Below are positions 31,479 through 41,236 of a DNA stretch of 64,000 nt, one piece after another. The notes beneath the pieces are model-generated. The model did not search any database, had not been told where the DNA came from, and saw only the letters and a program-made list of their open reading frames with translations. Positions within the stretch are counted from its first letter, which is position 1; each line of letters begins with the position of its first letter. The stretch covers positions 2,304,001 through 2,368,000 of the forward strand of contig CAXXNF010000002.1 of assembly GCA_963666365.2 (NCBI GenBank), read 5' to 3'. Source of the DNA: Syntrophales bacterium (lineage in GTDB: Bacteria > Desulfobacterota > Syntrophia > Syntrophales > UBA2210). Both the position numbers and the translations under genes were made by a program.

Positions 31479-33500
31479 ATGAAAAACAATTTTCACAGCC
31501 GATGGGAACAAAACGGGATTAACTACTTTGAAAATTTTCAGGGCATCAAGATTGAATGGGAGAAATTTTTGTCTGGCGCCGACGACATTGACCACAGCAT
31601 CGTCTCGGACGAGGTGTTCGATGCATGGAACAGATGCCGCGCAATGGAGGTGGACCCCTGTTGCATTCCTGAACAGACAATACTCAAAGGAAAGAGTCTT
31701 GCAACGCTCATTGATGACAATCAATTTTTTATCAACGCCAGTCGTCCCTTCATGCAGAACCTGTCTACATTTCTCAAGGGATCTGGATTTTTGGTCGGTC
31801 TTTTTGACAAGTCGGGACATTTTCTTGAAATTCTCGGTGATGATGATGCGATAGAGCATGCGAAAAGAGGCCCTGTTATCGTCGGAGCACTGTGGACAGA
31901 GAAAATTGCCGGAAATAATTCGGTCGGGACCGTTTTAGAGCTGAAAAGACCTATACAGATTTTTGCTTCCGAACACTATAAGAAATATCTCCATCATGAA
32001 ACGGACTCCAGTGCGCCGATTTTTGATGCAGAGGGCACGTTTATCGGCGGAATTTGTCTCACCGGTCGTTATTACAGAACGAATCCGCATACTTTAGGTT
32101 TGGTGGTTGCCGCTGCCCAGGCGATAGAAAACACATTAAAAACAAAAAAGGCATTGAAAGACGTCCGCATTGCCTACAGCTATCAACAAACGGTATTCAG
32201 TTCAATTCCGGAAGCGATTGTTGCGATTGGAAAAGATGGGTGCATCAAACTAATAAACAGGAATGCCCACCAAATGCTCTTTCCCGATATGCGGCATGTT
32301 GAAGGAAAGAACATTGCCGAAATTCTGGGAGCGGACAACTCCTCTTTCATCAAGGTTTTAGAAAACGAGGAAATCACTGGCGATGTAGAAGTCACGATAA
32401 CGACAAAGCACAGCAGCAATGATTACATAATGACAGTCAATCCTATTATTGGAGACGATCAGGAACTTCTCGGGCAAATTATTATTCTCACCGAAATCAA
32501 ACGGGCAAGAAAGAGGGTTGCTCAGATGTTAGGCACCCGGGCTAATTTCTCTTTCACCCATATTCTGGGACAGAATGCAGCATTTGTCCTAATCAAAGAA
32601 CGGGCGCACATTGTTTCCAAGAGCAATGCAAACGTGTTGCTGCTAGGCGAAAGCGGAACGGGTAAAGACATATTTGCACAGGCGATCCACAATGAGGGAG
32701 AGCAAAAGGATGGTCCTTACATACCCATTAACTGTGCTGCTATCCCCAGAGACCTTATCACGAGCGAGTTGTTCGGTTATGCCGACGGGGCGTATACAGG
32801 CTCGCGCCGCGGAGGAAATCAGGGGAAATTTGAGTTAGCTGACGGCGGCACTCTTTTTCTGGATGAAGTGGCAGAGATCCCCCTCGAATTGCAAGCAGTG
32901 CTCCTCAGGGTAATCGAAGACAAAACCGTTACGCGCCTTGGATCAAAAGTGTCTCGACCGATAAATGTACGCGTCATAGCCGCGACAAACAAAGATCTTC
33001 AAAAAGAAACAGAAACAGGGAATTTCAGAAAAGATCTGTTCTACCGGCTAAATGTTTTTAATATCCATATGATTCCCCTGCGAGAACGACAAGATGATAT
33101 ACCCTTGCTCGTGGAATACTTCGTAAAGCAATACGGAAAAACATTGGGAAAGGAACACATGCGCATAGAGAAGAGCGTAATCGATGCGTTTCAACATTAT
33201 GCGTGGCCAGGCAATATACGTGAGTTACAAAATGTCGTTGAAAGGATGGTGCACTTTGCACAGTCTAATGTAGTAACGATAAATCTCCTTCCCGAAGAAA
33301 TCAATGAACTTTCCTCTGTTTCTGATCCCCCTGTCCAGGCACACATTCTGACGCCTAAGCAATTTGAGCAACAGCAGATCATGAGGTTAATGGAGGCAAA
33401 GGTCAGTAAAACCGACATCGCACGAAAAATGGGCATGTCCAGACCGACACTCTATCGGAAATTACGGGAATATAAGCCTCCGAGAAGATTTGAGAGTTGA
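31479..33500 (+). CDS. Sigma54-dependent activator (GAF-PAS-AAA+-Fis HTH, AcoR-like)
   Basis: GESGTGKD, SELFGYADGAYTGS, GGTLFLDE, FRKDLFYRL, WPGNIREL, MSRPTLYRKL. Confidence 0.95.
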   Translation: MKNNFHSRWEQNGINYFENFQGIKIEWEKFLSGADDIDHSIVSDEVFDAWNRCRAMEVDPCCIPEQTILKGKSLATLIDDNQFFINASRPFMQNLSTFLKGSGFLVGLFDKSGHFLEILGDDDAIEHAKRGPVIVGALWTEKIAGNNSVGTVLELKRPIQIFASEHYKKYLHHETDSSAPIFDAEGTFIGGICLTGRYYRTNPHTLGLVVAAAQAIENTLKTKKALKDVRIAYSYQQTVFSSIPEAIVAIGKDGCIKLINRNAHQMLFPDMRHVEGKNIAEILGADNSSFIKVLENEEITGDVEVTITTKHSSNDYIMTVNPIIGDDQELLGQIIILTEIKRARKRVAQMLGTRANFSFTHILGQNAAFVLIKERAHIVSKSNANVLLLGESGTGKDIFAQAIHNEGEQKDGPYIPINCAAIPRDLITSELFGYADGAYTGSRRGGNQGKFELADGGTLFLDEVAEIPLELQAVLLRVIEDKTVTRLGSKVSRPINVRVIAATNKDLQKETETGNFRKDLFYRLNVFNIHMIPLRERQDDIPLLVEYFVKQYGKTLGKEHMRIEKSVIDAFQHYAWPGNIRELQNVVERMVHFAQSNVVTINLLPEEINELSSVSDPPVQAHILTPKQFEQQQIMRLMEAKVSKTDIARKMGMSRPTLYRKLREYKPPRRFES

Positions 33501-33552
33501 CTCAAGGGTTCGTCTTTCTTATACTTTCCCGATGAAACAAAAGGAGTGCGCA

Positions 33553-34908
33553 ATGAATGGACCCGCGCCGGCTGCCTCTGGAGCATTCATCTCGTCACTG
33601 GAATCGTGTTTTGCCCTTCCATTGAATGAAATTACATCTATTATGAGGAGTTTCCATGAAGAGATGGGCAGGGGCCTTTCCGGGCAGAGCAGCTCTCTGA
33701 AAATGCTGCCTTCATTTGTTGACATCCCGAGGGGCACTGAAAAAGGCACCTTTCTCGCCCTTGATCTTGGTGGTACGAATGTACGAGTACTTGCCGTCGA
33801 ACTCGACGGAAGGAGGAATGCGACTGTTCCTACCATCAGCACTTTTGTCGTTCCCCATCAGAATAGGGTGGGAACAGGGGTGGCGCTTTTTGATTTTATT
33901 GCCTGCTGCGTAGATTCTTTTCTGACTGAACACCGCCTTGACAGAACTCGCGTCTATGATCTCGCCTTTACCTTTTCTTTCCCCGTTGCACAGACAACTA
34001 TCGCATCAGGCACACTCATCGCCTGGACGAAAGGATTTACCGCCAGGGGCGTGCAGGGAAAAGACGTCGTAGAACTGTTGAATGCTGCGTTTAAAAGGAC
34101 GCGCATCAACTGCATCAACGTCACGGCGCTTACCAATGATACGGTCGGCACTCTGGCTGCCGGAAGCTATCGCGACCCCGCCTGCGACATGGGGGTTATT
34201 CTGGGAACGGGAACCAACGGGTGTTACCGGGAGAAATCATCCAATATCAAGATCTTGAACGGGCATGTTTCTGACGAATATATGATTGTCAACATGGAAT
34301 GGGGTAATTTTGACACAATGAAGCGGACGCGTTACGACAGACAACTGGATGAAGCGTCGGTCAATCAGGGGGCGATGTTTCTGGAAAAGATGGTCTCCGG
34401 CATGTATCTGGGCGAAGTGACGAGGCTCGTTCTAATGGACATGATAGAGAGGAACCTTATTTTTCTCAATGTACCGGATGCTGCAGAACGCTTCGGCGGC
34501 AAGGATTCGCTAACGGCTGAGCACATGTCCCTCATCCAGGGAGACGAGACGGCACAGCTCCACGACACGGACGCCTATCTGAAAATGAGGGGCGTAAAAA
34601 ATTCCACGCTTCCTGACAGACTATTACTCACACGTCTCTGTGAAATTGTCTCGGCCAGAGCAGCCGCAATAGGCACGACTGCCGTCTCGGCGGTACTCAC
34701 CTGGATGGATCCGGCACTTGAAGAGAGGCACACCGTAGCCGTTGACGGCTCACTCTTCGAGAAATATCCCGGATTTGAAACCTCGATGAGAGAAACACTC
34801 ACCATGCTCCATGGAAAAAATGCGGACAACATCAGACTGGTGCACTGTAAAGACGGATCGGGCAGGGGCGCAGCCATAGTCGCCGCAGTGGCCGCGTCGA
34901 AACAATAG
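33553..34908 (+). CDS. Hexokinase (eukaryote-type Hexokinase_1/2 family)
   Basis: LKMLPSFV, LALDLGGTNVRV, FTFSFP, WTKGF, NDTVGTL, ILGTGTNGCY, NMEWGNF, EKMVSGMYLGE, DGSGRGAA; AAGGAG Shine-Dalgarno before ATG 33553. Confidence 0.95.
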   Translation: MNGPAPAASGAFISSLESCFALPLNEITSIMRSFHEEMGRGLSGQSSSLKMLPSFVDIPRGTEKGTFLALDLGGTNVRVLAVELDGRRNATVPTISTFVVPHQNRVGTGVALFDFIACCVDSFLTEHRLDRTRVYDLAFTFSFPVAQTTIASGTLIAWTKGFTARGVQGKDVVELLNAAFKRTRINCINVTALTNDTVGTLAAGSYRDPACDMGVILGTGTNGCYREKSSNIKILNGHVSDEYMIVNMEWGNFDTMKRTRYDRQLDEASVNQGAMFLEKMVSGMYLGEVTRLVLMDMIERNLIFLNVPDAAERFGGKDSLTAEHMSLIQGDETAQLHDTDAYLKMRGVKNSTLPDRLLLTRLCEIVSARAAAIGTTAVSAVLTWMDPALEERHTVAVDGSLFEKYPGFETSMRETLTMLHGKNADNIRLVHCKDGSGRGAAIVAAVAASKQ

Positions 34909-34934
34909 ACAAGAGCGAGTGCCCCATCCTTCAG

Positions 34935-34971
34935 CCTCACCCGACCCTCAGGGGCTGAGGGTCGGGTGAGG
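34935..34971. terminator. Perfect 17-bp inverted repeat between convergent genes
   Basis: CCTCACCCGACCCTCAG-GGG-CTGAGGGTCGGGTGAGG. Confidence 0.7.
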
Positions 34972-34987
34972 ACTTTTCAGAGGTTCA

Positions 34988-36328
34988 TCATTTAGTGCAT
35001 CGCTCAAGCCCTTCCGGCAGCTCGGGCGTACAGAATTCCGCAGGCACGATAAAGGCCTTCGTGTACCCGGCGCTGTTCTCGTACCACTTTGTCGGATAGT
35101 CCAGCACGGATACATAGACATCCTTGATCTGCTGATGATCGCAGGCCCGCATTGTTGCTTTGCCGGTAAATGACTCGTATTCGTCGCCTTCCCAGACCTG
35201 TATGATTTTCTCCGGATCGGTACTTGCCGCGCGTTGCATCACGTCGAAGAACCAGTAACAGGCAAGGACCGCACCGCCGACACTCGCCGTAGGCCATCTG
35301 TACAACGGCGAATCGTAGGGTTTTCCCCAGGATTTCCACTGCGCCGTCCATATTTCATTAAATCGATTGTTTGCGGGGGTATCGACACAGGCCAGGTGGA
35401 AGAAGAGGTTGATGATTCCCTTCCCTTTGGGACCGCCGATCGTTTCCAGGGGGCTGTAATTATCGAAGTAAAGACCGGCAAGCTGTGCGGGTATCTCCAG
35501 TTCTTTGGCCTGTTTCAGGAGATTGTCTCCATCGGGCGGCCAGTCCGTTGAAAAAATTATTTCCGCCCCCGATCCCTGTATTTTCGTCAGGTAAGGTGCA
35601 AAATCCTTAGTGAAAAGCGGATGATATGCCTCTCCGACGATTTCCGCTTCCGGCTTATATTTCTTCAGGTATTTTTTAAACGACTCGGCAACAATATGAC
35701 CGTACCCGTAATCCTGATTCAGAATATAAAATTTTCGTTCCGGCCTTTTGGAAAAGAAGTAGGCCATTGCGGCACCTTCGGTATCGGTTTGCCAGCAGCA
35801 CCGGAAGGTGTATCTGTTGAAATTGCTTGCATCGTGAAGCGCCTTTGAAAATCCCGCATAATTCAGATAAATCTTTTTATATTTCGCCGCGACCTGCTGA
35901 CCGATAAGGCCGATATGCGAACCGCTTGTGCCGCACATCATGTGCACCTTGTCCTCGAGACAAAGCCGCTCAGCCACTTTTTTGGCAATGGCCGGTTTTG
36001 CCTGCGTATCGCCTCGCACAATCTTAATTTTCTTTTTCTTTCCATCGACGAGGATGCCTCCCTGCGCATTAATGTCATGCACAACCCACCCAACCGCTAT
36101 GGAATACACCTCGCCACTCAGGGCGGCGGGTCCTGAAAACGCGTCGAAGATACCCACATTTATTGTATCCCCCGAGGTCGGAAACGACTGATTGTTGGGA
36201 TCAAAGCTCTTCATGTCGCCCTTGAGGGGTTCAAAGGCGCACACGGGAAACACCGTTGCCGCAATCAGTAAAACAATGCCGATCATGGTAATTACTGCTG
36301 TTTTAGCTTTGCCGTTGCGAATGTTCAT
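34988..36328 (-). CDS. LivJ/K-family substrate-binding protein, Cys-rich paralog 3
   Basis: Signal peptide, FDAFSGP, LCLEDKV, KDFAPY, MRACDHQ, LERCTK. Confidence 0.9.
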   Translation of the reverse strand: MNIRNGKAKTAVITMIGIVLLIAATVFPVCAFEPLKGDMKSFDPNNQSFPTSGDTINVGIFDAFSGPAALSGEVYSIAVGWVVHDINAQGGILVDGKKKKIKIVRGDTQAKPAIAKKVAERLCLEDKVHMMCGTSGSHIGLIGQQVAAKYKKIYLNYAGFSKALHDASNFNRYTFRCCWQTDTEGAAMAYFFSKRPERKFYILNQDYGYGHIVAESFKKYLKKYKPEAEIVGEAYHPLFTKDFAPYLTKIQGSGAEIIFSTDWPPDGDNLLKQAKELEIPAQLAGLYFDNYSPLETIGGPKGKGIINLFFHLACVDTPANNRFNEIWTAQWKSWGKPYDSPLYRWPTASVGGAVLACYWFFDVMQRAASTDPEKIIQVWEGDEYESFTGKATMRACDHQQIKDVYVSVLDYPTKWYENSAGYTKAFIVPAEFCTPELPEGLERCTK

Positions 36329-36373
36329 CGAATATCCTCCTTGTAGTTCGTTATGCAGTGCACACCTTATTTA

Positions 36374-37723
36374 TTATTTATTGCACCTGTCCAGATCAGC
36401 GGCGACTGCTGGCGTACAAAATTCCGGAGCGACCACTGTCGTCGTTCCCGGCCCTGCAGCATCCGGGTACCATTTGTTAGGATACGCATATTCAGTGGCA
36501 AACATGGGTCGCAGCACCTGGTGGTCACAGGCCCTCATCTTGATGACACCGGAAAATACCTTGAATTCATCATCTTCCCATTCCGCAATGACCTTCTCGG
36601 GATCGGTGGCGCCGATTCTCTCAACGATATCAAAATACCAATATGTCGCGCCGATAGTTGAGCCCAAGACGGTGATCGGCCACATATAAAGATCCGTATT
36701 ATAGGGTTTCCCCCATGTCTGTTTCCACAAATCATTCCATGTTTTATTAAACACCTTGTTTTCCGGTGTATCACAATTTATTGAGTGGTCATTGACCTGA
36801 ACCATGCCGATGCCGGCAGGCCCGCCGATTGCCTTCATCGTAACCGGTTCACAGGCGTCGCGAGTGGCTATGGGAATATTGATACCTAAGGAACGAGCGG
36901 TTTTTATGAGATTCTGCCCATCAGGCATCCAGTCGCTCGTAAAAATGACATCGGGATTTGCTGCCTGAATCTTTGTCATATAGGGGGCAAAGTCCTTCAT
37001 GAAGAGGGGGTGATAGACCTCGCCGATGATTTCGGCATTGGGCTTGTATTTTTTGAGACCTTCCTTAAACCCTTTCCCCATATTATGGCCGAACATATAA
37101 TCCTGACAGAGAATATAAAATTTGTTTTCCGGTCGCTTGGAATAAAAATACGCCATTCCCAACCCAAACATCTCCGTATTATAGCATGTTCTAAATGTAT
37201 ACCGGTTAAAGTTTGACCCATCAAGCAGGGACGTGGTGTTCGACATTCCATTGAGATGTACTGTTTCATATTTTTTGGCCACATTCTGGATAATGAGCGT
37301 CAAATGGCTTCCGGCACAACCCCAGAGCAAATCAACCTTGTCCTCGAGACAGAGTTTCTCTGCCACTTTTTTGCATATTACGGGCTTTCCTTGAGAATCC
37401 CCCTTGATAATCTCAATTTTCTTTATGTTGCCGTCTACCTTAATTCCGCCTCTTTTGTTTAAATCATGCACAACCCAGTTTGTGAGAAGCCAGTATATCT
37501 CGCCGTTACCGGCTGCCGGCCCGGAAAATGAATCGATGAGACCGATTTTGATGGTATCGCCTGTGGGCATTGTCACGTTATTCGGATCGTAATCTGTCAT
37601 ATTCATTGCCATTTTAGTTACATCAATGCCGCGTGGCTGTGCCGCAGCATTCACCGCACCACATAAAAAGATTATGGCAAAGACACACATCAAAGGCTTA
37701 CAGAATCTTTCTTTTTTCTTCAT
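36374..37723 (-). CDS. LivJ/K-family substrate-binding protein, Cys-rich paralog 4
   Basis: Signal peptide; very similar to 25258-26601; MRACDHQ, LDRCNK. Confidence 0.9.
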   Translation of the reverse strand: MKKKERFCKPLMCVFAIIFLCGAVNAAAQPRGIDVTKMAMNMTDYDPNNVTMPTGDTIKIGLIDSFSGPAAGNGEIYWLLTNWVVHDLNKRGGIKVDGNIKKIEIIKGDSQGKPVICKKVAEKLCLEDKVDLLWGCAGSHLTLIIQNVAKKYETVHLNGMSNTTSLLDGSNFNRYTFRTCYNTEMFGLGMAYFYSKRPENKFYILCQDYMFGHNMGKGFKEGLKKYKPNAEIIGEVYHPLFMKDFAPYMTKIQAANPDVIFTSDWMPDGQNLIKTARSLGINIPIATRDACEPVTMKAIGGPAGIGMVQVNDHSINCDTPENKVFNKTWNDLWKQTWGKPYNTDLYMWPITVLGSTIGATYWYFDIVERIGATDPEKVIAEWEDDEFKVFSGVIKMRACDHQVLRPMFATEYAYPNKWYPDAAGPGTTTVVAPEFCTPAVAADLDRCNK

Positions 37724-37909
37724 AATTCTCTCCTTTTGCCGTACAATCCATTCACTGATTTTTCATAATCTTACGGATTATATAGTCATAGGGAAAAGGG
37801 AAAGTAAACGATCATAATAAGACTAATTTATGGCCATTGAATATAGCCTTTACAGATTATTTCGGCATATAATATTATCAATCTGCGACAACATCGTTAA
37901 GTGCACTAC

Positions 37910-37946
37910 AAAAGGGGTGGATACGTCATTCACGCGCATCCACCCC
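37910..37946 (-). terminator. Intrinsic terminator after paralog 5
   Basis: GGGGTGGAT/ATCCACCCC stem plus a T4 run on the minus strand. Confidence 0.6.
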
Positions 37947-37990
37947 CGTTTCGCCATGCTTCACTGGTACCGCCGAAAAGACACTCAGTG

Positions 37991-39322
37991 TTATTTTTCA
38001 CATCTGTCAAGACCCTCGGGAAGAGGCGGCGTACAATACTTGGCGGGAATAGTAAATGGTTTGCCGTAGCTTGCCGCATCCTCAACCCAGGGGTTGGGAT
38101 ATTCGAATTCCGCGGCATACATGGGTTTTACCGCCTGGTGATCGCAGGCCCTCATCTCAAGGACTCCCGTCAACCCCTTATACTTGTCACCCTCGAAGGT
38201 GGCAATGACCTTCTCCGGATCAACGGTTCCGGCACGTTCAACGACATTGAAAAACCAGTAAAGCTGATCGCAGCAGGAACCAAGTACGGTAACCGGATAT
38301 CGGTACAGGATCGCGTTATAGGGGTGCCCCCATTTTTTCCACTGCTCGTGCCAGGCCTTGACAAAGGCCTGATTCTCCGGCGTCTCGCAGGTAATCATGT
38401 AATCGTTCACGTTGACCATGCCTTTTCCGGCCGGCCCAAGGGCCCTGAATGTTTCGGGCATGTCGGCGTAGAGGTTGGCAATGGGTATAGTCACGTCAAG
38501 GCTTTTCATGGTCATCATCAGGTTGTCCGAATCGGGCAGCCAGTCACCTGTATAGAGCACATCCGCATCGGCGCCCTTTAATTTTGTCACATAGGGGGCA
38601 AAATCTTTCATAAACAGGGGATGGTAGACTTCATCGACGATTACCGCATCCGGCTTGTACATCTTGAGCCCTTCCTTGAAGGCATCCGCCATTTCATGAC
38701 CGAAGAGATAGTCCTGCATCAAAAGATAGAACTTCTTTTCCGGACGCTTGGAATAGAAATAGGCAACTGCATGACCGAACATCTTTGAGTTCAGACAGGT
38801 CCTGAAGGTGTATCTGTTGAAGTTCTTCGCATCAAGCAGCCCGGCGGCATTTGCATACCCGATCACGTAGAGAGTATTGTACTTCTTGGCCACCGTCTGC
38901 AGCACCACGGAAATATGGCTGCCATTGGTTCCAAACATCAGGTTGACCTTTTCTTCAAGGCACATCCGCTCGGCCATCTTTTTCGCCGGCGCGGGCTTGC
39001 CCTGCGTATCCGCCTTCAGCACCTCGATCATTTTTCTCTTTCCGTCGACCAGAATGCCTCCCCGCTTGTTCAGATCATAGGCGACCCAGTTGGTTTGACA
39101 CCAGTATATCTCCCCGTTTCCCGCACCCGGACCGGAGAAAATGGCCGTGATCGCGATTTTGAAGGTATCGCCGGTGGGTTGCACCACCGTGTTGGGATCA
39201 TAGCCGGACATGTCGGACACCTTTGTCATATCGTAGCTGGGCATTGCAGAAGCGGTCACGCTGAAACCCAGAACAACGCAAAGGCACACCATCCCAAGAA
39301 GACACACACGTAACTTTCTCAT
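37991..39322 (-). CDS. LivJ/K-family substrate-binding protein, Cys-rich paralog 5
   Basis: Signal peptide (..VTASA), IFSGP, MCLEEKV, MRACDHQ, LDRCEK. Confidence 0.9.
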   Translation of the reverse strand: MRKLRVCLLGMVCLCVVLGFSVTASAMPSYDMTKVSDMSGYDPNTVVQPTGDTFKIAITAIFSGPGAGNGEIYWCQTNWVAYDLNKRGGILVDGKRKMIEVLKADTQGKPAPAKKMAERMCLEEKVNLMFGTNGSHISVVLQTVAKKYNTLYVIGYANAAGLLDAKNFNRYTFRTCLNSKMFGHAVAYFYSKRPEKKFYLLMQDYLFGHEMADAFKEGLKMYKPDAVIVDEVYHPLFMKDFAPYVTKLKGADADVLYTGDWLPDSDNLMMTMKSLDVTIPIANLYADMPETFRALGPAGKGMVNVNDYMITCETPENQAFVKAWHEQWKKWGHPYNAILYRYPVTVLGSCCDQLYWFFNVVERAGTVDPEKVIATFEGDKYKGLTGVLEMRACDHQAVKPMYAAEFEYPNPWVEDAASYGKPFTIPAKYCTPPLPEGLDRCEK

Positions 39323-39552
39323 CACTCTTCTCTCCTTTTTGATTGCGGGCGAAAATCGCCTGTGGCTGATACCGCCCAAGTTATCTTGCCATTTCCTTCA
39401 ATCGTATTGATTTACTATGTTCGCATATCTTTAAAAAAGCAACCGCCCTTTATAGGATACTTATAGGCTAACCAAATTGGCCATTTTAGAACCATTGTAC
39501 TTTCCAAATACCTGTGCTTATATGCGCCATTATACATAATGGAGGTGAGCGA

Positions 39553-41220
39553 ATGGAGCATAAGTCCTGGCACAGGCATTACGATTACGATGTTCCCACA
39601 TCGATGCGGTATCCACGCATTTTACTTCACGACATATTGCAGATACCGGCAAACGCCTATCCCGATAAGGCGGCGTTGATCTATGAAGGCCGCACCATTA
39701 CCTTCTGGGAACTGCGTGACCTGGTGCTGAGAATGGCCAATGCCCTCCGTACTCTGGGTGTACAGAAGGGGGACCGCGTGGGGGTCCATCTGCCGACATG
39801 CCCCCAGTACGTAATTGCCTATCACGCCGTACTTTCGCTCGGCGCCATCGTGGTGAACCTCAATCCGATTTATACGGCGGAGGAACTCATCGGCATCGCC
39901 CGGCAAACCACCTTCACCACGTTGATCACCATTGATTCTGCAGTGCCCGCAATAGGACAATTATGCCGGCACTGTGAAATCCCAAGGGTAATTGTTGCGA
40001 ATCTGAAGGATTTCTCCGAAAACGATCGTCCCGAAGCGCCTGCGGCGCTCGATGAAGGATGGCTTTCATTTTCATCGGTCCTTGACGACTGTCAAGACAC
40101 CACACGTCCCCGTGTGAGTATTGTTCCGGAAGATCCTGCCGTCATTCAGTTCACGGGAGGCACCACGGGCATTCCGAAGGGGGCCGTCCTTTCCCATGCA
40201 AACCAGGTGACGGCCTTGGTCCAGGTCACCGCCTGGTATGCGCCGCGAGTTAAGTTGACGCCGAGAGAAAAGCTTTCTACACTCATAGTGCTTCCCCTCT
40301 ATCATGTCTACGGCAACATCGTGTCAAACTGGGCGATATATAACGGTGCCACGCAAATACTGGTACCTCAGTTTGAAATTGAGAAGCTGATGAATCTCAT
40401 CGCTTCCTTCGATGAAATCACCTACTTTCCGGCCGTTCCCACCATGCTCAGCGCAATCGTAAACCACCCGAAAGTTAAGGAATTGAAAATCAACAAAATC
40501 ATCGGGTTCGTCAATTCGGGCGGCGCCCCCTGTCCCGTCGAACTTATCGAACAGGTGAAAAATCTGGGCATATTTTTAACAGAGGGCTGGGCGATGAGCG
40601 AAACGGCCTGCACGGGAACCGGGAATCCTGTCATGGGCCTGAAAAAAGCGGGCAGTATCGGCATCCCCTTAATCGATACGGACATCCGGCTTGTCGATCT
40701 TGAAGAAGGATCAACGGAAGTCGCCCCGGGCGAGCCGGGAGAAATGATAATCAAAGGCCCGCAGATCATGCAGCATTACTGGAACAATCCCGAGGAAACG
40801 GCGAACCAGCTCAAGGACGGGTGGCTCTATACCGGCGACATCGTCGTCAGGGATGAGGATGGGTATCTTTTCATTGTCGACCGGAAGAAAGACATGATTA
40901 TCGCGGGAGGCTTCAACATCTATCCCAGAGAAGTCGATGAAGTCCTGCACCAGCACCCCAAAATTGAAATGGCCGTTACCGTGGGCGTACCCGATGCCTA
41001 CCGGGGAGAAACCGTGAAGGCCTATATTGTGTTGAAAAATGGAGAAAGGGCAACCGACAAGGATATCGTCGACTTCTGCAGAGAACAACTGGCCCCCTAT
41101 AAAGTGCCCAAACGTATAGAATTCAGAGATTCCCTCCCCCAGTCGGCCGTGGGGAAGATTCTCCGGAAAACCCTGCGTGAAGAAGAAATAGCAAAGCATT
41201 CCGAAGAAAAGCAGGGATGA
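39553..41220 (+). CDS. Long-chain fatty acid--CoA ligase (FadD/LcfA-like)
   Basis: QFTGGTTGIPKG, GWLYTGD, VDRKKDMII, YKVPK, SAVGKILR; GGAGG Shine-Dalgarno. Confidence 0.93.
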   Translation: MEHKSWHRHYDYDVPTSMRYPRILLHDILQIPANAYPDKAALIYEGRTITFWELRDLVLRMANALRTLGVQKGDRVGVHLPTCPQYVIAYHAVLSLGAIVVNLNPIYTAEELIGIARQTTFTTLITIDSAVPAIGQLCRHCEIPRVIVANLKDFSENDRPEAPAALDEGWLSFSSVLDDCQDTTRPRVSIVPEDPAVIQFTGGTTGIPKGAVLSHANQVTALVQVTAWYAPRVKLTPREKLSTLIVLPLYHVYGNIVSNWAIYNGATQILVPQFEIEKLMNLIASFDEITYFPAVPTMLSAIVNHPKVKELKINKIIGFVNSGGAPCPVELIEQVKNLGIFLTEGWAMSETACTGTGNPVMGLKKAGSIGIPLIDTDIRLVDLEEGSTEVAPGEPGEMIIKGPQIMQHYWNNPEETANQLKDGWLYTGDIVVRDEDGYLFIVDRKKDMIIAGGFNIYPREVDEVLHQHPKIEMAVTVGVPDAYRGETVKAYIVLKNGERATDKDIVDFCREQLAPYKVPKRIEFRDSLPQSAVGKILRKTLREEEIAKHSEEKQG

Positions 41221-41236
41221 TATTCTATTTGGAAAT

